From Paecilomyces variotii (lineage: Eukaryota): a stretch of 64,000 nt of DNA. A program made the position numbers and the translations under genes. Below are positions 24,821 through 38,993 of the stretch, piece by piece. The notes under the pieces are model-generated. The model saw only the letters and a list, made by a program, of their open reading frames with translations, did not search any database and was not told the DNA's origin. Within the stretch, counting starts at the first letter, position 1; every line of letters begins with the position of its first letter. The DNA is taken from assembly GCA_004022145.1 (NCBI GenBank), contig RCNU01000020.1. One strand, written 5' to 3'.

Positions 24821-25217
24821 ATGGCCGGCAGAGGTGCTGGGGCTGCGCGCAAGACGCTTCTTGCGCCAATCCATTTCATCTTCAAGCTTCTACAGCAGCG
24901 ATCTACTGTGTCCATCTGGCTTTATGAGCAACTTGCATTCCGGATAGAAGGAAAGATCAGGGTATGTGCGGTCTGTGGCGGTGGAATTGCAATGCAGTGG
25001 CTAACCAGCGAGCGCAGGGCTTCGATGAGTTCATGAACCTCGTGGTCGACGATGCTGTCGAGGTCCGGTTGGCTACAAAGTCTGAGGAGGAGAAAAGGAG
25101 AAATTTGGGTTCGAAGAACATGTGTCTATTTGTGATTTTGCAATCTCTGACATCTTGCGTCTAGGTCAAATACTCCTCAAGGGAGACAACGTATCGCTGA
25201 TCCAAGCAGTACAATAA
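24821..25217 (+). CDS. SME1: Small nuclear ribonucleoprotein E (SmE), 3 exons
   Basis: [48 protein letters not shown]...LGQILLKGDNVSLIQ. Introns 24962-25017 and 25109-25164. Confidence 0.95.
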
Positions 25218-25333
25218 ACTCGACTTGTCCTCTGATCTATTAATAATCTTATACCTTTGGCGTTGGAGGAGCGGCTGCGCAGTATCCAAAAAAGGGAGAA
25301 AAGTCTGGAGAAAGAAAGCATGTGAGATGCATA

Positions 25334-26168
25334 TCAGCTTCTGGGGCTTATGATCTGGCCGTCACCGACAATGACGGCATCTACCGGCCAGTCGTGCTCA
25401 GACACCGGTATTTCCTCTGGGGGCTGAAGAACCTGCTCTTTCAGAGCGAGAGCGACTGTATCACAAAACGTTATGTCAGATAGAATCCTCTAATGAACTG
25501 TAGACTGTTCCTCACCAAGGAAAGGTCTTTGAGGTGTGCTCTTCTTCCGTTCCTCGTCTGTCGAATATCTTGCGAGAAACCTATCGTAATACCCTTTCCC
25601 ATGGCCCAGTCTTCTGAGACTTTTGTCAAATGCCATTCCCGGCATAACGATCAAGTCTAAGCCTGGGCTTTTCCTCGCAGTGTGTGGATGCCATGGGGAG
25701 GCGACTCCGTAGCCACCTAAGCAGTTCTCCCTGTCCGAAATAGACGCTTCATCGAGTGATGGTATGCCCCATTTGTCTGGCTTGAGCGATTCGAATTCTT
25801 CCATAGAATTCAAAGCAAGCATATCCATGACAGAGCTCTTTGGTTGTGCTGGAGCATTCTCAGTGGTATGGATATAGGGTATAAACACTTCCTTTCCGCT
25901 TTTCAGTGCATTCTGAACGATGCTAGTCGTTGAGATCTCTCCGCTTGGCATAGAGAGATAGACGCCTATCCTTTTGGCATTGCGATATTCCGGCAATGAC
26001 AGCAACTGGTTCGTCACAATTGTGGCTACGGTAATTAGCTTCGAGTTCCGTCCGCGAGGATATGAGAATGCACTGACATTGACTAGCGATCGATTCTTTC
26101 GGTAGAGTTAGAAGAACATCACGGACTTTTCTTCGCAAGTCCTTTTTGGCCGTCTGCAGAGCGGCCAT
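25334..26168 (-). CDS. FAU1: 5-formyltetrahydrofolate cyclo-ligase
   Basis: AKKDLRRKV start; LDLIVMPGMAFD...RLGHGKGYYDRF; EHDWPVDAVI. Two introns. Confidence 0.92.
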
Positions 26169-26597
26169 GGCTACAATCAAGCCAGTCCTGCGGGGTCGTC
26201 TGCTACGGATATATATTTAGAAGGCGCCGTTGATCTGTTTCTCGTTACCTGCAATACCACATAGAGTGGGCGTGCAAGTGGGTTGTTTTGCCCAGTTTTT
26301 GTAAGACTGCAGATTCCACCAAAGATACCCCAAAAGACGGCTATCTGCAATCAATAACGAAAGAGGCACAATGTGTCGTATCTCACACCCGTTTGGCGGA
26401 GAGTTTAATGATCTGCAGATCGGCCGTTTAAATTTATGTCTTGGCGTTGTCTCGTACCGCCTTGTCCGGTGGCATGAGGAGTCGAGAATGCCTCCACTTG
26501 ACAAGCAACGCAGGCTATCGAGGAGGTTGCTGGCCCCCTTCCTGCGATACTCACTCTTTACAACATTTATTCATGCCCATACTGAAAGATGCTGGAC

Positions 26598-27494
26598 ATG
26601 GTTAAAGCTTTAGTCTTCCTGAGCTTCTTCCTGGCTGCCAGGGCAGCGGTAGACCCCGACCTGGTCGGCACCTGGTCAACGAAATCGCGCCAGGTTATCA
26701 CAGGACCGGTATGCCAGAGTCCCTACACGCAAAACAAAAGATTTTACGCACCGAGAGCATATGTTGATACCTTTCTAGGGATTTTATGATCCTGTAAATG
26801 AGAAGTTCACGGAACCGTCGCACACAGGCATATCTTACTCGTTTACAGAGGATGGATACTACGAGGAGGCTTACTATCGCGCGGTCGCCAACCGTAAGTT
26901 ACCTGCCCCATCTGGTGGAATCGCTCGCTGACTGAGACTATATAGCAAGTTCGCCCGATTGCCCCCAAGGCATCATTCAGTGGCAGCACGGAACATACTC
27001 GAAGGAGCCTAATGGATCCCTGGTCTTAACGCCCTTTGCCGTGGATGGACGTCAACTTCTATCGAATCCATGTGCTAGTGATCTGTCAGCGTATACCAGA
27101 TACAACCAGTCAGAATTGTTCAAGGTATGTTCCTCTACTGCAGATTTTCCTTACCGATCAGTGATTAACAAGCACCTAGCAATACGAGATACAGACTGAT
27201 AAATTCCACAATGTTCTCCGCCTGAACTTGTACCAATTCGATGGTACGCCGGTCATTCCGATGTACTTGGTCTATAGACCACCGCAAATGCTCCCAACAC
27301 AGACACTGAACCCTATCGCCCAAAAAACTGGTTCCGCCAGAAAGGCGAAGAGAGACCTTATCGATGAAGAGACTATTGAGCCGTTGAACAAGCATGCGTT
27401 TGTGAAGCGATCAGAACCTGAAGCGATTGATAAGTGGTGGTGGTTTGGGCTCTTTATGACCTCAGCTGGCGGCCTGGCCCTGCTCCTGAAGTGA
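26598..27494 (+). CDS. ROT1: ER chaperone Rot1, multi-exon
   Basis: Signal peptide, [36 protein letters not shown], and a C-terminal TM segment (WWWFGLFM). Confidence 0.93.
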
Positions 27495-28126
27495 GTCAGG
27501 CTGATGGAGCCTTAGCTGGGCAGCAAGGTTCCTCGTCACCCTGGCGTTTGGACAAGTGAAGATCTAAAGATGCTATTTTGCTGTTCGTTGCAGCCAACAT
27601 CACGAGCTACAGTGCATGTATCATGGCGCAAGGGTTTCTTTCTATGCGGAGTTTTACACGACCGTCACGCTCATACCGCAAGCTATTCCCGTTCTGTCTG
27701 CTTTTGTTATGGTGATACGCGCCGCTTAATTCTCGATATTTTGTTTTCCTGCGCTAATGATGTCCCCTGGACTCGTACGTTTTATCTACCCCCCAGAGCT
27801 GTTCGAATTTCATGTTTCCTGGAGTTTTGTCCAGATATCCTTTTGAATCTATGTCATTGACTATTTCTTGGCAACCTACACGGTATTGCTCTATTCATAA
27901 TCGTATCGTTGCCCGCATATGATCAGGATAGCAGGGAATTGGACGATTGTGTAAGTCAGGGTTTAATGAGATACCGTGCTTGTCGATCCCGGCAGCAAAG
28001 CCGCTCAATGTCCCAGTTTACTATGGCCTGGCTACGCTGTCTTATCAATGGATCTTATTGATGCGGTCGCTTAGGTGGCTGAGCAGAGGGGTTAAATCAC
28101 CTATCACTCTAGTAGCAGTCTGTGTT

Positions 28127-28750
28127 TTAAGCGGCTGCTACCGTCTCCTTTGCGATCTTTGCAACCTCCGCCTTTTCGGCCGGCTTGCCGTCCAGAGCAC
28201 CCCCAGGCGCAAAAATCGTCTTGAGTACCGTTCCAATATCGGCCTTCTTGCCTGCTTCCTTCAGACTAGAGATAGTCTGGGAGACTGCTTGCCTGATCTC
28301 GTCGGTGCCCATCGTCTCAACCTGTCCTGCATATTCTTCCCATACCACGACCTGCGCATCTTCTTTTTCCTTAAGATCGGCACGACCAGCCTCCTCGAAC
28401 TGTTTCGCAGCTTCTTTTGAGGCAGCAGCTCTCTTCCGTATCAAGGACAGAAGCTGAAGGTCGGTCTGAATAGGACTCGGCGTTTTGGCAGCATTGTTCG
28501 TCTCGCTAATAATCGCGCGCAAGACATTCAATCTACGGCAAGCGCGACGGGGTTAGTGGTTGACACAGATAATGAAAGGCCAATTAGAAGAAGATTCCGT
28601 AATGTACCTTGCAGTATCCTTTGCTCTCATTGCCGTCTTCAAGTCTGTACGGATTTTAGCCATCAATGGAGGCGCGCCGGAGGTTGCGGTCGAGTTGTAT
28701 CGCACGGATCGTAGCCCCAATCGGGCCGAGAATCTGAGAGGAGTGAACAT
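28127..28750 (-). CDS. AIM41: Mitochondrial GatB/YqeY-domain protein Aim41
   Basis: Arg-rich presequence; KIRTDLKTAMRAKD, intron, LNVLRAIISE; AAKQFEEAGRADLKEKE. Confidence 0.85.
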
Positions 28751-29213
28751 CGTAGGTAAGAGAGCGGTCCGTAAAAGTAAGGAGCGTGGTGAATGGAAAT
28801 GGCGCAAAAAGGATAATAATAACAATAACGAGAATACAGTCTATTGTACAAGTGCTGAATGGAATGTTGAATAGAGATGCAGCTGGATTATGGGGAGAGT
28901 CCGAAAGCTCTAAAGGCGGAAGAAGCTTGGCTGGAGGAACACGACCAAGGATAACCTGGTCCGTGCACAAATTTGTTTCTACCGCTCCTCGCCCTCAGTC
29001 CGTATTGTTCGGTGCATCTCTGGCTGGGTTGTCATGAATCTCTGCACACTTCCTGCAACACTCCATTCTTGAATACTTCGCATATCTCTCAGCCCCAGCT
29101 AATTTAGTGTCTTATACCCCTGTGCTTGAGCGCGACAATTTTCTCAGTCAGTGGAGCGATACGCGGGGAGGAGCAGAAGCAACCCCCAGCTGCAGAACAG
29201 CTGGTGATTGAAT

Positions 29214-32200
29214 ATGTCCTATCCGACACTTACGCCTCCAAGACCGCTTCCAGGGACCTATTTTCAGACTCCTGCTGTTACAAATTCACATCATGGACCT
29301 CTTTTCCAGCCTAAAGGAGCACCAGTCTCTGCAGGGCAAGCTCCATCGCCGAGTTCTTTAACAAAGCTCACCCCAGCGGCCCCGAAGAGCAAAAGCGAGA
29401 CATTGAGCACTCGAGAACGCGCTGCGCAGACGATAAATGATACTCTCGTTCAAGAATCACGTTATCCTGATTTGGACACATATCTTTCACGTATGTCAAT
29501 TGCTTGCGCCTGTGTTGATCACGCGGGTGAAACTCGTCATGTACTGACTGGCTTTCTTAGAGGGTTTCTCGTCGGACTACGACATTCCAGCATCGCCATC
29601 ATGGGCGCCTTTTCACAAAGTCAAAATGTATAATATCCCCGATCAGATTTTCGACCAGTATAACCGTGCGCAAGTTTCGACAAGTATGGGTCTCTTCGCG
29701 GAGCTCAATCACGCATGGGTTGCTATTGATAATGCTCTTTATCTGTGGGATTACACCCATCCGAATCCTCAGCTGGTGGGATTTGAGAATCAGGCCAACA
29801 GCATCAACGGTGTGAAGCTGGCGAAGCCTCGCGCAGGCGTCTTCCTGCCCGCTATCACCCATCTACTTGTGGTTTCCACGACTGCGGATGTCCTGCTTCT
29901 GGGTATGGGCGTGGAGACCACCACTGGGGGTGCGACACAGGTCACCCTCTATCAGACGGGAATGTCTACATCGATCAAGGGTCTCGATATCCATGTCTTT
30001 GCCTCGTCGGATTCTACTGGCAGAATATTTTTTGCGGGATCGTCGGATAACGATGTCTACGAATTGACCTACCAACAGGAAGAGAGATGGTTCCAGGGCA
30101 GATGCGGAAAAGTGAATCATACTGGTTCGCGTCTTGCTGCATTCACACCCGCCATCACTTTCACACCGAAGAGGCCAGAGCATGTGGAGCAGATGGTGGT
30201 AGACGATAGTAGGAAACTGCTCTATACTCTGTCCTCGCTATCAACCATTAGGGTTTTCCACATGAAGCCTGATGGTACTCTCTCACTTGCGATCACGAAA
30301 CCTGCGGTCGACATATACTCCAACATCGGACACATTATTGCCTCGAACGAAAGTCTGAACCCTAAGGTTAAGATAGTTTCCATCAGCCCTATCCCGGCAC
30401 CAGAGGCGTCCAGATATCATTTGGTAGCGACGACGGCTACAGGATACAGGATATATCTTAGCGCGACTGGGTCATACAGTTGGTCAATGACTCCGAACGG
30501 CACCAGTCCACCGACGAGCATGCAAGCGCACCACGTCAAAACTCCTCCTTTTGACAATCCTTCTGCCGCGGTATCGAACTCTGGTCCACCAGGGCAGCTT
30601 TATAAGTTTCAATCGTCAGTAACCTCAAAGGTCCCGATTCATTCGCTGGATCCGACGCGGTTCGCGTCCCGGTTTCCACCTGGTTATTTTTTCTGTTTCA
30701 CCTGCAAAGATCCTACCCAGAAGGCGGACACGTTGTTCATATCATCTCCAGACTCCGGACGTGTAGCTCGCTCTCAAGAGAGTGTGATGCCAGCAAAGGC
30801 TTCCGAGTCAGCAATTTGGCTTTCTCTGGGGAGCAAGGCCGAGGATATTGGCCTGTGCTCCCCACCCGTCTCTGCAGCGAATACGCCTGGTGGTTTCAGT
30901 AACGAGCTAGCTATCCAATATGACGGTCCTGCTGCGGAAATTGCCATACTTACCAATACAGGCGTTCATGTTGTTCGTCGGCGGCGACTTGTGGACATGT
31001 TTGCCGCACTTGTGCGCACTGGAGGTGGTGAAGAAGGCCTTGAAGGGGAGATCAAAAATTTCATTCGGACATATGGTCGCAGTGAGACATTGGCTACGGC
31101 TTTGGCTGTTGCATGTGGTCAGGGCATCGAGATTTCCGACTCGCGGCTATCCAAGATTAACGACCCGGACGTACTCGAGTTTGCTCGTAAGGTCTTCATC
31201 GAGTATGGGGGCAGACCGACGATGAACGAGAATGCAGTTGCGGACAACGCAGCTCTGGCGATTGATGCTATTGTGCCGTCACCCCGTCACGCCGGTATTG
31301 CTTTATACATGTCACGATTGCTGCGCTCTATATGGAAAAAAGAAATCACCGTCACAACTAGTTCACCCAATAGAGCACTGAGCATTGCCCCCTCAGTCAG
31401 CCCGGCGAAGTTACAGACCATTCAGCGAGATCTGTCCGCTCTGCAGGAGTTTTTCAAGGCCAACAAGAGCTTCATTGAAGGGCTAAGTGGCCCTGAAGCT
31501 CTCACTCGTGCATCAACGAAACAAGAGGAGATCGCTCTACAAGCTGAGCATCGTGCTCTGCATTCTCTTGTTCAGCTTGTCTCTGACACCATTGAGGGAA
31601 TTTCTTTCGTACTCGTGCTTTTCGATGAACGTGTTGATGAAATCGTGGCAACGCTTCCGGACGAATCCAAGCAGCGTTTCTTAAAACTCACTTATGAGGA
31701 ACTCTTCAGTACCAGCAAGGGCTACGACATTGCGAAGGAGCTCGTCAAGGGCATTGTCAACAGAAACATTGCTAAGGGCTCGAACGTCGAGACGGTCGCT
31801 GATGCTCTCCGACGACGATGCGGTAATTTCTGTAGTGCCGAAGATGTCATCATATTCAAGGCACAGGAGCTTCTGAAGAGAGCTGGAGAAGCCGGCGGAA
31901 ACTCAGAGCTAGGTCGTAATCTGCTCAACGAGAGCTTGCACCTATTCCAGCAAGTCTCTGACAACCTGCCTATGGATTACCTCGTTTCTGCAGTTGATAA
32001 TTATATAAATAGCCAGTTCTTTGCAGGTAAGACTTATAAGTGTAAGAGGAAATGAAAAGTACTGACATGTCTAGGCGCGATTCAATTGTCTCTAAGTGTC
32101 GCTGCAAGCTTGGATAAAGCGAATCTCGCACTGTCCTGGATCATGGATGGCCGGCCTGCGGATGTAAATACTTGAACACCCCGTTATCTATGTTCATTGG

Positions 32201-33509
32201 CTGAATCTCTCGTTCTAGGATCCCCGACGGGCAGCTTTTGAATCCCGAAAGCAGTGCTACGACCTTGTCTTCAAGGTTATCGTTGCGGTCGACAACACAG
32301 CCTCGCAAGACCCAGGAGTGATTGATGGTCAATTCACTATCATTGCTAAGCGGAAAAACGAGGCCTATGGAGTCATTGCGGACTCTAAGGATGAGGTTTT
32401 CCTGACAAGCTTGTACGATTGGTATCTGGAGCAGGGCTGGAACGACCGTTTACTAGAAGAGAAATCGCCATTCGTCGTCACATATTTGGAACGCAAATCG
32501 GCAGACGACATCGCCCATGCCGATCTTCTTTGGAGGTACTACTCACAATCGCAACGCTTCTTCGAAGCCGCAAACGTCCAGTTCCAGCTAGCCCAGAGCG
32601 CATTCACATTGTCTCTGAGTCGGCGAATCGAATATCTTGGTCGCGCCAGGGCAAACGCGTCTGCCCTTACTCCCGACGTTGGTCGACAGGCTCGTCAGCG
32701 ACTGTTACAGGAGATTACCACCCTCATCGACGTGGCCAGCATACAGGACGATCTGCTGCAGCGTCTCAAGCAAGATCCGAGGATTGCCTCTGAGAGGAAA
32801 GCTGAAGTCATCAAAGAAGTAGATGGCCCGATCATGGATATCAGCACGGTATGCGCCTTGTTTCTCTCGTCTCAAGATTACACGCTTACAAACAAATTAG
32901 ATCTTCAACCAATATGCGGATCCCGGTAGCTATTACGACATCTGCCTACAGATCTTCTACCTAGCCGATCATCGCAACACGGCAGACATCAAATCTACCT
33001 GGCAACATCTGCTGCAAGACTTGCACGACGAGACTGTCGAGAGAGGTGAACCACAACCGTACGAAGCAGTCATCGACAAAGTTAGGAGCCTTGGAAGCCG
33101 GCTGCGCATGTCCGAGATCGTCTTTCCCATTCCGATGCTCCTGCCAATGCTGGAGCGCTATGCACTGGAGCATCAGCGCGGTGTTGGCCCCGCAACATGG
33201 GTGGTCGATCTCTTCCTCGACCTCGAAGTCCCTCATGAGACGCTATACACGGTGCTCGAGGCTATGTTCTACAATGATGAGGCTCCTTTCCATGGGCCCA
33301 ACCGCCGCTACATCGCCAGTGACCTGCTTTACCTCATACAGCATTGGTTCCACAGCACTGTCCGTATGGGCGGCATTGTCTTCGGCAGCAACGTGGTGGC
33401 TGCACGTGTTTCAGAGACTCTTTCACTCCTCCGAGAGGCTGGTCTTAGCCAAGACTTAATCAGGGTCGTGGATGAATTGCGGATCAGGATCGAGGATGTT
33501 TTGCGATAG
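29214..33509 (+). CDS. NUP170: Nucleoporin Nup157/Nup170 (Nup155), multi-exon
   Basis: MGLFAELNHAWVAIDNALYLWDY, SPRHAGIALY, LRRRCGNFCSAEDVIIFKAQE, RRIEYLGRA. Confidence 0.95.
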
Positions 33510-34651
33510 GTTAGAGATTTGCAATGTCACGATTAGCTATGGAGCTATCCCCACAGATTCTCCCTTTTAACATTCCTGTATTGGCGTTTTGAAAGAAAAA
33601 GGGTGACCTGGGAGTGCATCGAATATGATGGAGGTTGTTGGTATATGGTCGCCATGTGCAGGAAACCGTGGCAGCCCATTTCATTTCTGGAATTATTTTC
33701 GCGTCTCAAAAATCAAATGATGTCCCGTCATTTCTTATGTGGAATTCCGGAACATGTACCAAGAGCATCCGATTGTTATACTATCGTGTCATAATGCTTG
33801 TCTTGTGCATCTATAATATTTTTTGAGCAAACGATAATAACGTAGCGGCGGGGGGCTATTGATTCTACCACGAAACTCACCAAGTATGTACCTACCTAGG
33901 TAGGCATTAATGCCCCGAATCGGAAACGTGATCCTTCGGCTGCCGACTGGCCTCGCCTTCCCTGACATCTGCTGTCGCAGCGGTTTAACATGCGCTATTT
34001 GCTTGATTCTAACTCTACATTATGTTTATTCTACCAATATACGACGCGAGCTGATTATGCGAAGACATTTATTTCGAGGGAGAAATGCTATTTGTGGAAA
34101 TATTCGAGAATTTAAACTTTTTCACTTTTTCACTTTATTCGTCACAATGGAAGACTAGCATGCATGCATGCGATATAGACCGGGATCATGGCCCTCTTCT
34201 GCGTTTCCTTATATGCCCTCGTCCTCCTAATGATGATGCTCTGGAGCAAGAAGACGAAGAGTCTTGTTCTGAGTAAAACTCATCGGGGATTCGACATCTC
34301 ACAAACTGAAAAAAAAAAAAAAAAAAAAAAAAAAAAGGAGGAACCAAGACATTTCATGCGATTATAGATTATCATTTTTCATGGCATGCAGTCTGATACT
34401 ATGCGCAATACATGTGTTTGATTGTATAGTGAAAAAAGTGGCTGCTTTCCACCCCTTCTTCTAATACTCTATTTGTCCTGCGTTTTGGGCGCATGAAGTA
34501 TAATTAAGACTCTTTGTAGAGTAGTCAATCACTACCCACTTAATTCGCTAGAGCCTAGGCCGGCTTCTGACCAGTCATGCAGAACGTAGCTAGAAAGCGC
34601 GCGATAGATAGGTCTATCTAGGCCAGTTTAGGATGTGAGAAGAGCTGAAAC

Positions 34652-35903
34652 TCAGGCAAAGCGAATCACGACTTTGTGCTCCCTGTGGTCACTGAAGCGC
34701 CGGTAGTACTCAGGTACCTGCTCGATGTCAATGATCGAGCTGACCACGAAACTCGGCGTAGCTCGTTCAGAGGCAACAAGATCAACAAGCGCTTGCGCGT
34801 GTTCCAGCGGCAAGACAATTCCGCTACCCATCGTCAACGCCTTTTCCCAGAGAGAGGAGACTGAAAGAGGGACCTCCGCAGGTATGCTGGAGGCGCGAGG
34901 GGCTCCTCGCGTGCTGTTCTGTCCTCCGGTATAAACGCCCGCGATAGCGATACCTCCTTGGTTCGCGGTAACGGCGATGAGGTTGCGCGGCACCAGCCCA
35001 TCATCGCGCTGACCGGCGGCATTGACCGATTCAAACCCCACGCAGTCTAAGGATCTTGTAACACCATTCGGTTCTTGAGCCAGGATCTGTTCGACGGGGT
35101 CGGAGACATTGAATTGGATAGGTACTGCCCCAATAGAGGCCGCCAGCGCTAGACGGTCAGGCACTTGATCCACCGAATACACGCGCGATGCACCACGAAG
35201 CAGGGCCGAATACGCTGCTAGAAGGCCCATCGGTCCGGCCCCAAAAACCGCGACAGTGTCGCCCGGTTGGAAGCCACTGTACGTCAACGCCTGCCAGCCA
35301 GTAGTAAAAATATCCGCAATCATCAAGTAGTCCAGTTCTTTGGTGACATTGCCGGTCTGGTTGTTGAAAGGAATCGGGATGAGGCTCTCATCAGCGAAGG
35401 GAACGCGGGCATATTCGGCTGGCACAACAATGTGAGTGGCCTGTTGGGACACGTAGGGAATCAGAACGTGGAACGGGCCAGGGCATACCTTGCAGACCCC
35501 CATAGTCAGGTAGGCCGGTACCAAAAGAGATCGGGTGTTGCTGTCCATAATGGCCACTGTGGGCGTTGTCCGGGATAATCACATAGTCACCAACTTGGAG
35601 GGAGGAGACGGCGCTACCAACTTCCGAGATGTAGCCAACTGCCTCATGACCGAGACCCCATGGGACATTGGGAGATCCCATGTAGCCGTGGTAAAAATGG
35701 AGATCGGAGCCACAGATGGCTGAAGTAGTGATCCGAACGATTGCATCCGTGTAATTCACGATGCTGGGAACAGGCATGTCAATAACGGACACATTGTACG
35801 GTTGTCCGAACCAGGCTACTGCCCGCATTGTAGCAGCTAGAGTTGCGTTGGGTGACATCAAGAATGATAGGGCAATACAAGACGGGAAATATTTGCTACT
35901 CAT
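34652..35903 (-). CDS. Zn-dependent MDR alcohol/formaldehyde dehydrogenase-like protein with N-terminal hydrophobic leader (2 exons)
   Basis: AICGSDLHFY, GHEAVG, intron 35488-35419 joining GGLQ-AEYARVPFAD, ADIFTTGW, Rossmann GAGPMG, C-terminal KVVIRF. Confidence 0.88.
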
Positions 35904-37088
35904 ATGTTGGCCTTGGTTAGAACGAATTGGCAGGGTATATAAGCATCGTGGCCCTTTATGTATCTCTCTAGGGTTTTGTGAGAAGCCTTATCTTGTTGGA
36001 CAGCTTGGCTGCGTCACTGGAGGCCGAGTGGTTCCACCTGAATCCTCAATCCCGGAAACGTATTCTCTTTGAGGATTGAAACGGTGGACGATAAATATAA
36101 GATCAACCCGTTGACAAGCTCATCTAGGAAGTAATCTAATGGCGGCCCGGGTCAAGACCAATGGTACCCCCTATCTGTCTTGGCAGAAATGAGAAGACAG
36201 GTCCCTGCTTGTCTAAGTGGGACACTTTCTATTCCAACTAGCAGAGGATTTGCAATATGCTGCTGTTCCGAATGGTTTTGGAGGGAACCAACCAACTGCA
36301 ACATGTGTGGAGGTCGAAAGACAGGTGGTGAGTCGAATCAGCAGATTCCTGCTAGATGGTGCGAAGGCTAACTAGCCCTTGGATGTGCTTATATCACAGT
36401 AAGATTACCATGGTAGCCGTTCCCACACAGAAGCCAGAGCTATCGGGCTGGTGTATTAATCTTTGCTTGAGGGGAAAGTCGAAAGTTGATGGGCTTGCCC
36501 GTGATGTGTATGCAGCGGCTATATTAGACGTGATTATCTTTTGGTCAAATTGTGTGGAACGACCAATACAGCACCGCTTACTTCCATCTCGGTGTTCTTG
36601 CTGTAAATGGTATAAATATACCAACAAGCTTCAATATCAGCATGGAAACTGGGAGTTATACTTTCTCAGGGAGGCTAGATGGATAGATGAAGATGCTTGG
36701 GTTCCTACCTAAGCTCCTAAAGCTACGTGCCTATATATGCCTTTGACTAGTCCAAAGCGGAATGTAAAAGGGACATGCCTACAAAGCCCAGGTGATGGGA
36801 GTCACCTACAAAAACACTTTAAACAGCAGTCTTCCCGGTGCCCAGTTGAGAATATACCGCTCAATCCAACTGGCAGTATTCAGCACTTGCCTTCTAGCAG
36901 TGTCTTAGTTTGTAGGTGTATCACACACAAAGTCCTCGCGTACGGCTCATGCAGAATGCTAGTTAACCATGGAGTAGACTTGCTTACACACTAACGGTAG
37001 ATCTGCACTGAGTCTCCCTGAATCGTTCTACCAGTAACTCCCTACAGGCCCTGATAGGACAACCTTTATTGGGAACCAGTAGGGAGGA

Positions 37089-37780
<692 letters not shown>

Positions 37781-38339
37781 TAGATAGCAACATAGGGAAT
37801 ATGTAATTCCACAAAAGTACTATGCTGCAGCTCATATCAGTTATTTCCTCCATTAAGTTCTGCATGAGATGGTTAGTTAGTGCTACTTGCATTTATAATC
37901 ATCCCATAACTTCCTCATGCAGCCTCAGCTGCAGTAGATTCCTGCTTATCAGCCACACCATGGAGGATGCTTACTACAGTTCAAGTAATCATGAATGCAA
38001 TACTGGCTTTGACGCAGTTGACCTTGCATACTTGCATACTCTTTAGTTGAGCTGAGATCCTGGTTCTAATTCAGTCTCGGTGCATTCATAATGGTCAGTT
38101 AAGGACCCCACCTGCCAGCTAAAAAAAAAATATAGAGTGCGGGCCTATAATTGTAGAGGCACAGGAAAAATTCATTGTCGATACTCCTTTATTCTGCATA
38201 ATGAATCATCTAATGCATATGTGTGATCCTATAATCTCTCACGGACATCGCATATTTGGCTACCGTTAACCGTATATTCACTAATCCCGAAGCAGCTGAA
38301 TTCATATTTAAACAAGTACTCTAACTGAAAAATAGTATT

Positions 38340-38685
38340 CAGTAAAACCTGCCTATAACGAATCATTTTTTCCAGGCAGTCTAATTTGTTGTATAGAGGA
38401 TTCGTTGTATGAAAAGTGGGTCTATATTAGTAATATACGTATTGGTAGTGAAATTTTCTAATAAATTTCCTTAATTAGTAATTTATGATGAGGTAATTAC
38501 TGACTAATAAGGTAAATCTGTACTTTTCTATAACGAATCGTATGGGAAAGGTCTGAAAAAATTAACAAATTTCGTAGTAGGGAGGAATAACGAATTTTGT
38601 ATGGGAATTTGATTTTGACACGCTGTCAAATTCGTAATCTAGAGGTATTCGTTATACACGGGTTCGTTATAGGCAGGTTTTACTG
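38340..38685. mobile_element. 346-bp non-autonomous TIR element (MITE), pogo/Tc1-mariner-like ends
   Basis: Perfect 23-bp TIR: cagtaaaacctgcctataacgaa (38340-38362) and ttcgttataggcaggttttactg (38663-38685). Internal copies of the ataacgaa/ttcgtta motif, AT-rich, no ORF. TATT flanks both ends. Confidence 0.9.
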
Positions 38686-38884
38686 TATTCGACATGTGGA
38701 TGATATTTACAGGGTTCCGTAGTCGGATGAGTCCATCTATAGATGGCCCACTCCTTAGCGCGTAATCCACCTACATTAGCGGAAATTTTCATATTCATAC
38801 TTTCCGGTAGAAGGGATAGCTCTGGCGATAATTGGTATTGGTTCTAACAGGCCTCACTACCTGCCACAGGCACAACGGACTGGC

Positions 38885-38993
38885 TATCGGACGACATGTG
38901 GCCGAGGGGTAGACCATGTCCTCGAAACCGGTGGTTCAGGTACATGCTTCCAGTGGCGAACACCTCGGCAAAGTTTGCATCAATGTTCCGTAA
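38885..38993 (+). pseudogene. Internally deleted relic of a zinc-type ADH/quinone reductase (MDR)
   Basis: Translates as GRGVDHVLETGGSGT, then after a frame change SGEHLGKVCINVP*. Both are typical late motifs of fungal MDR proteins. Confidence 0.5.
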
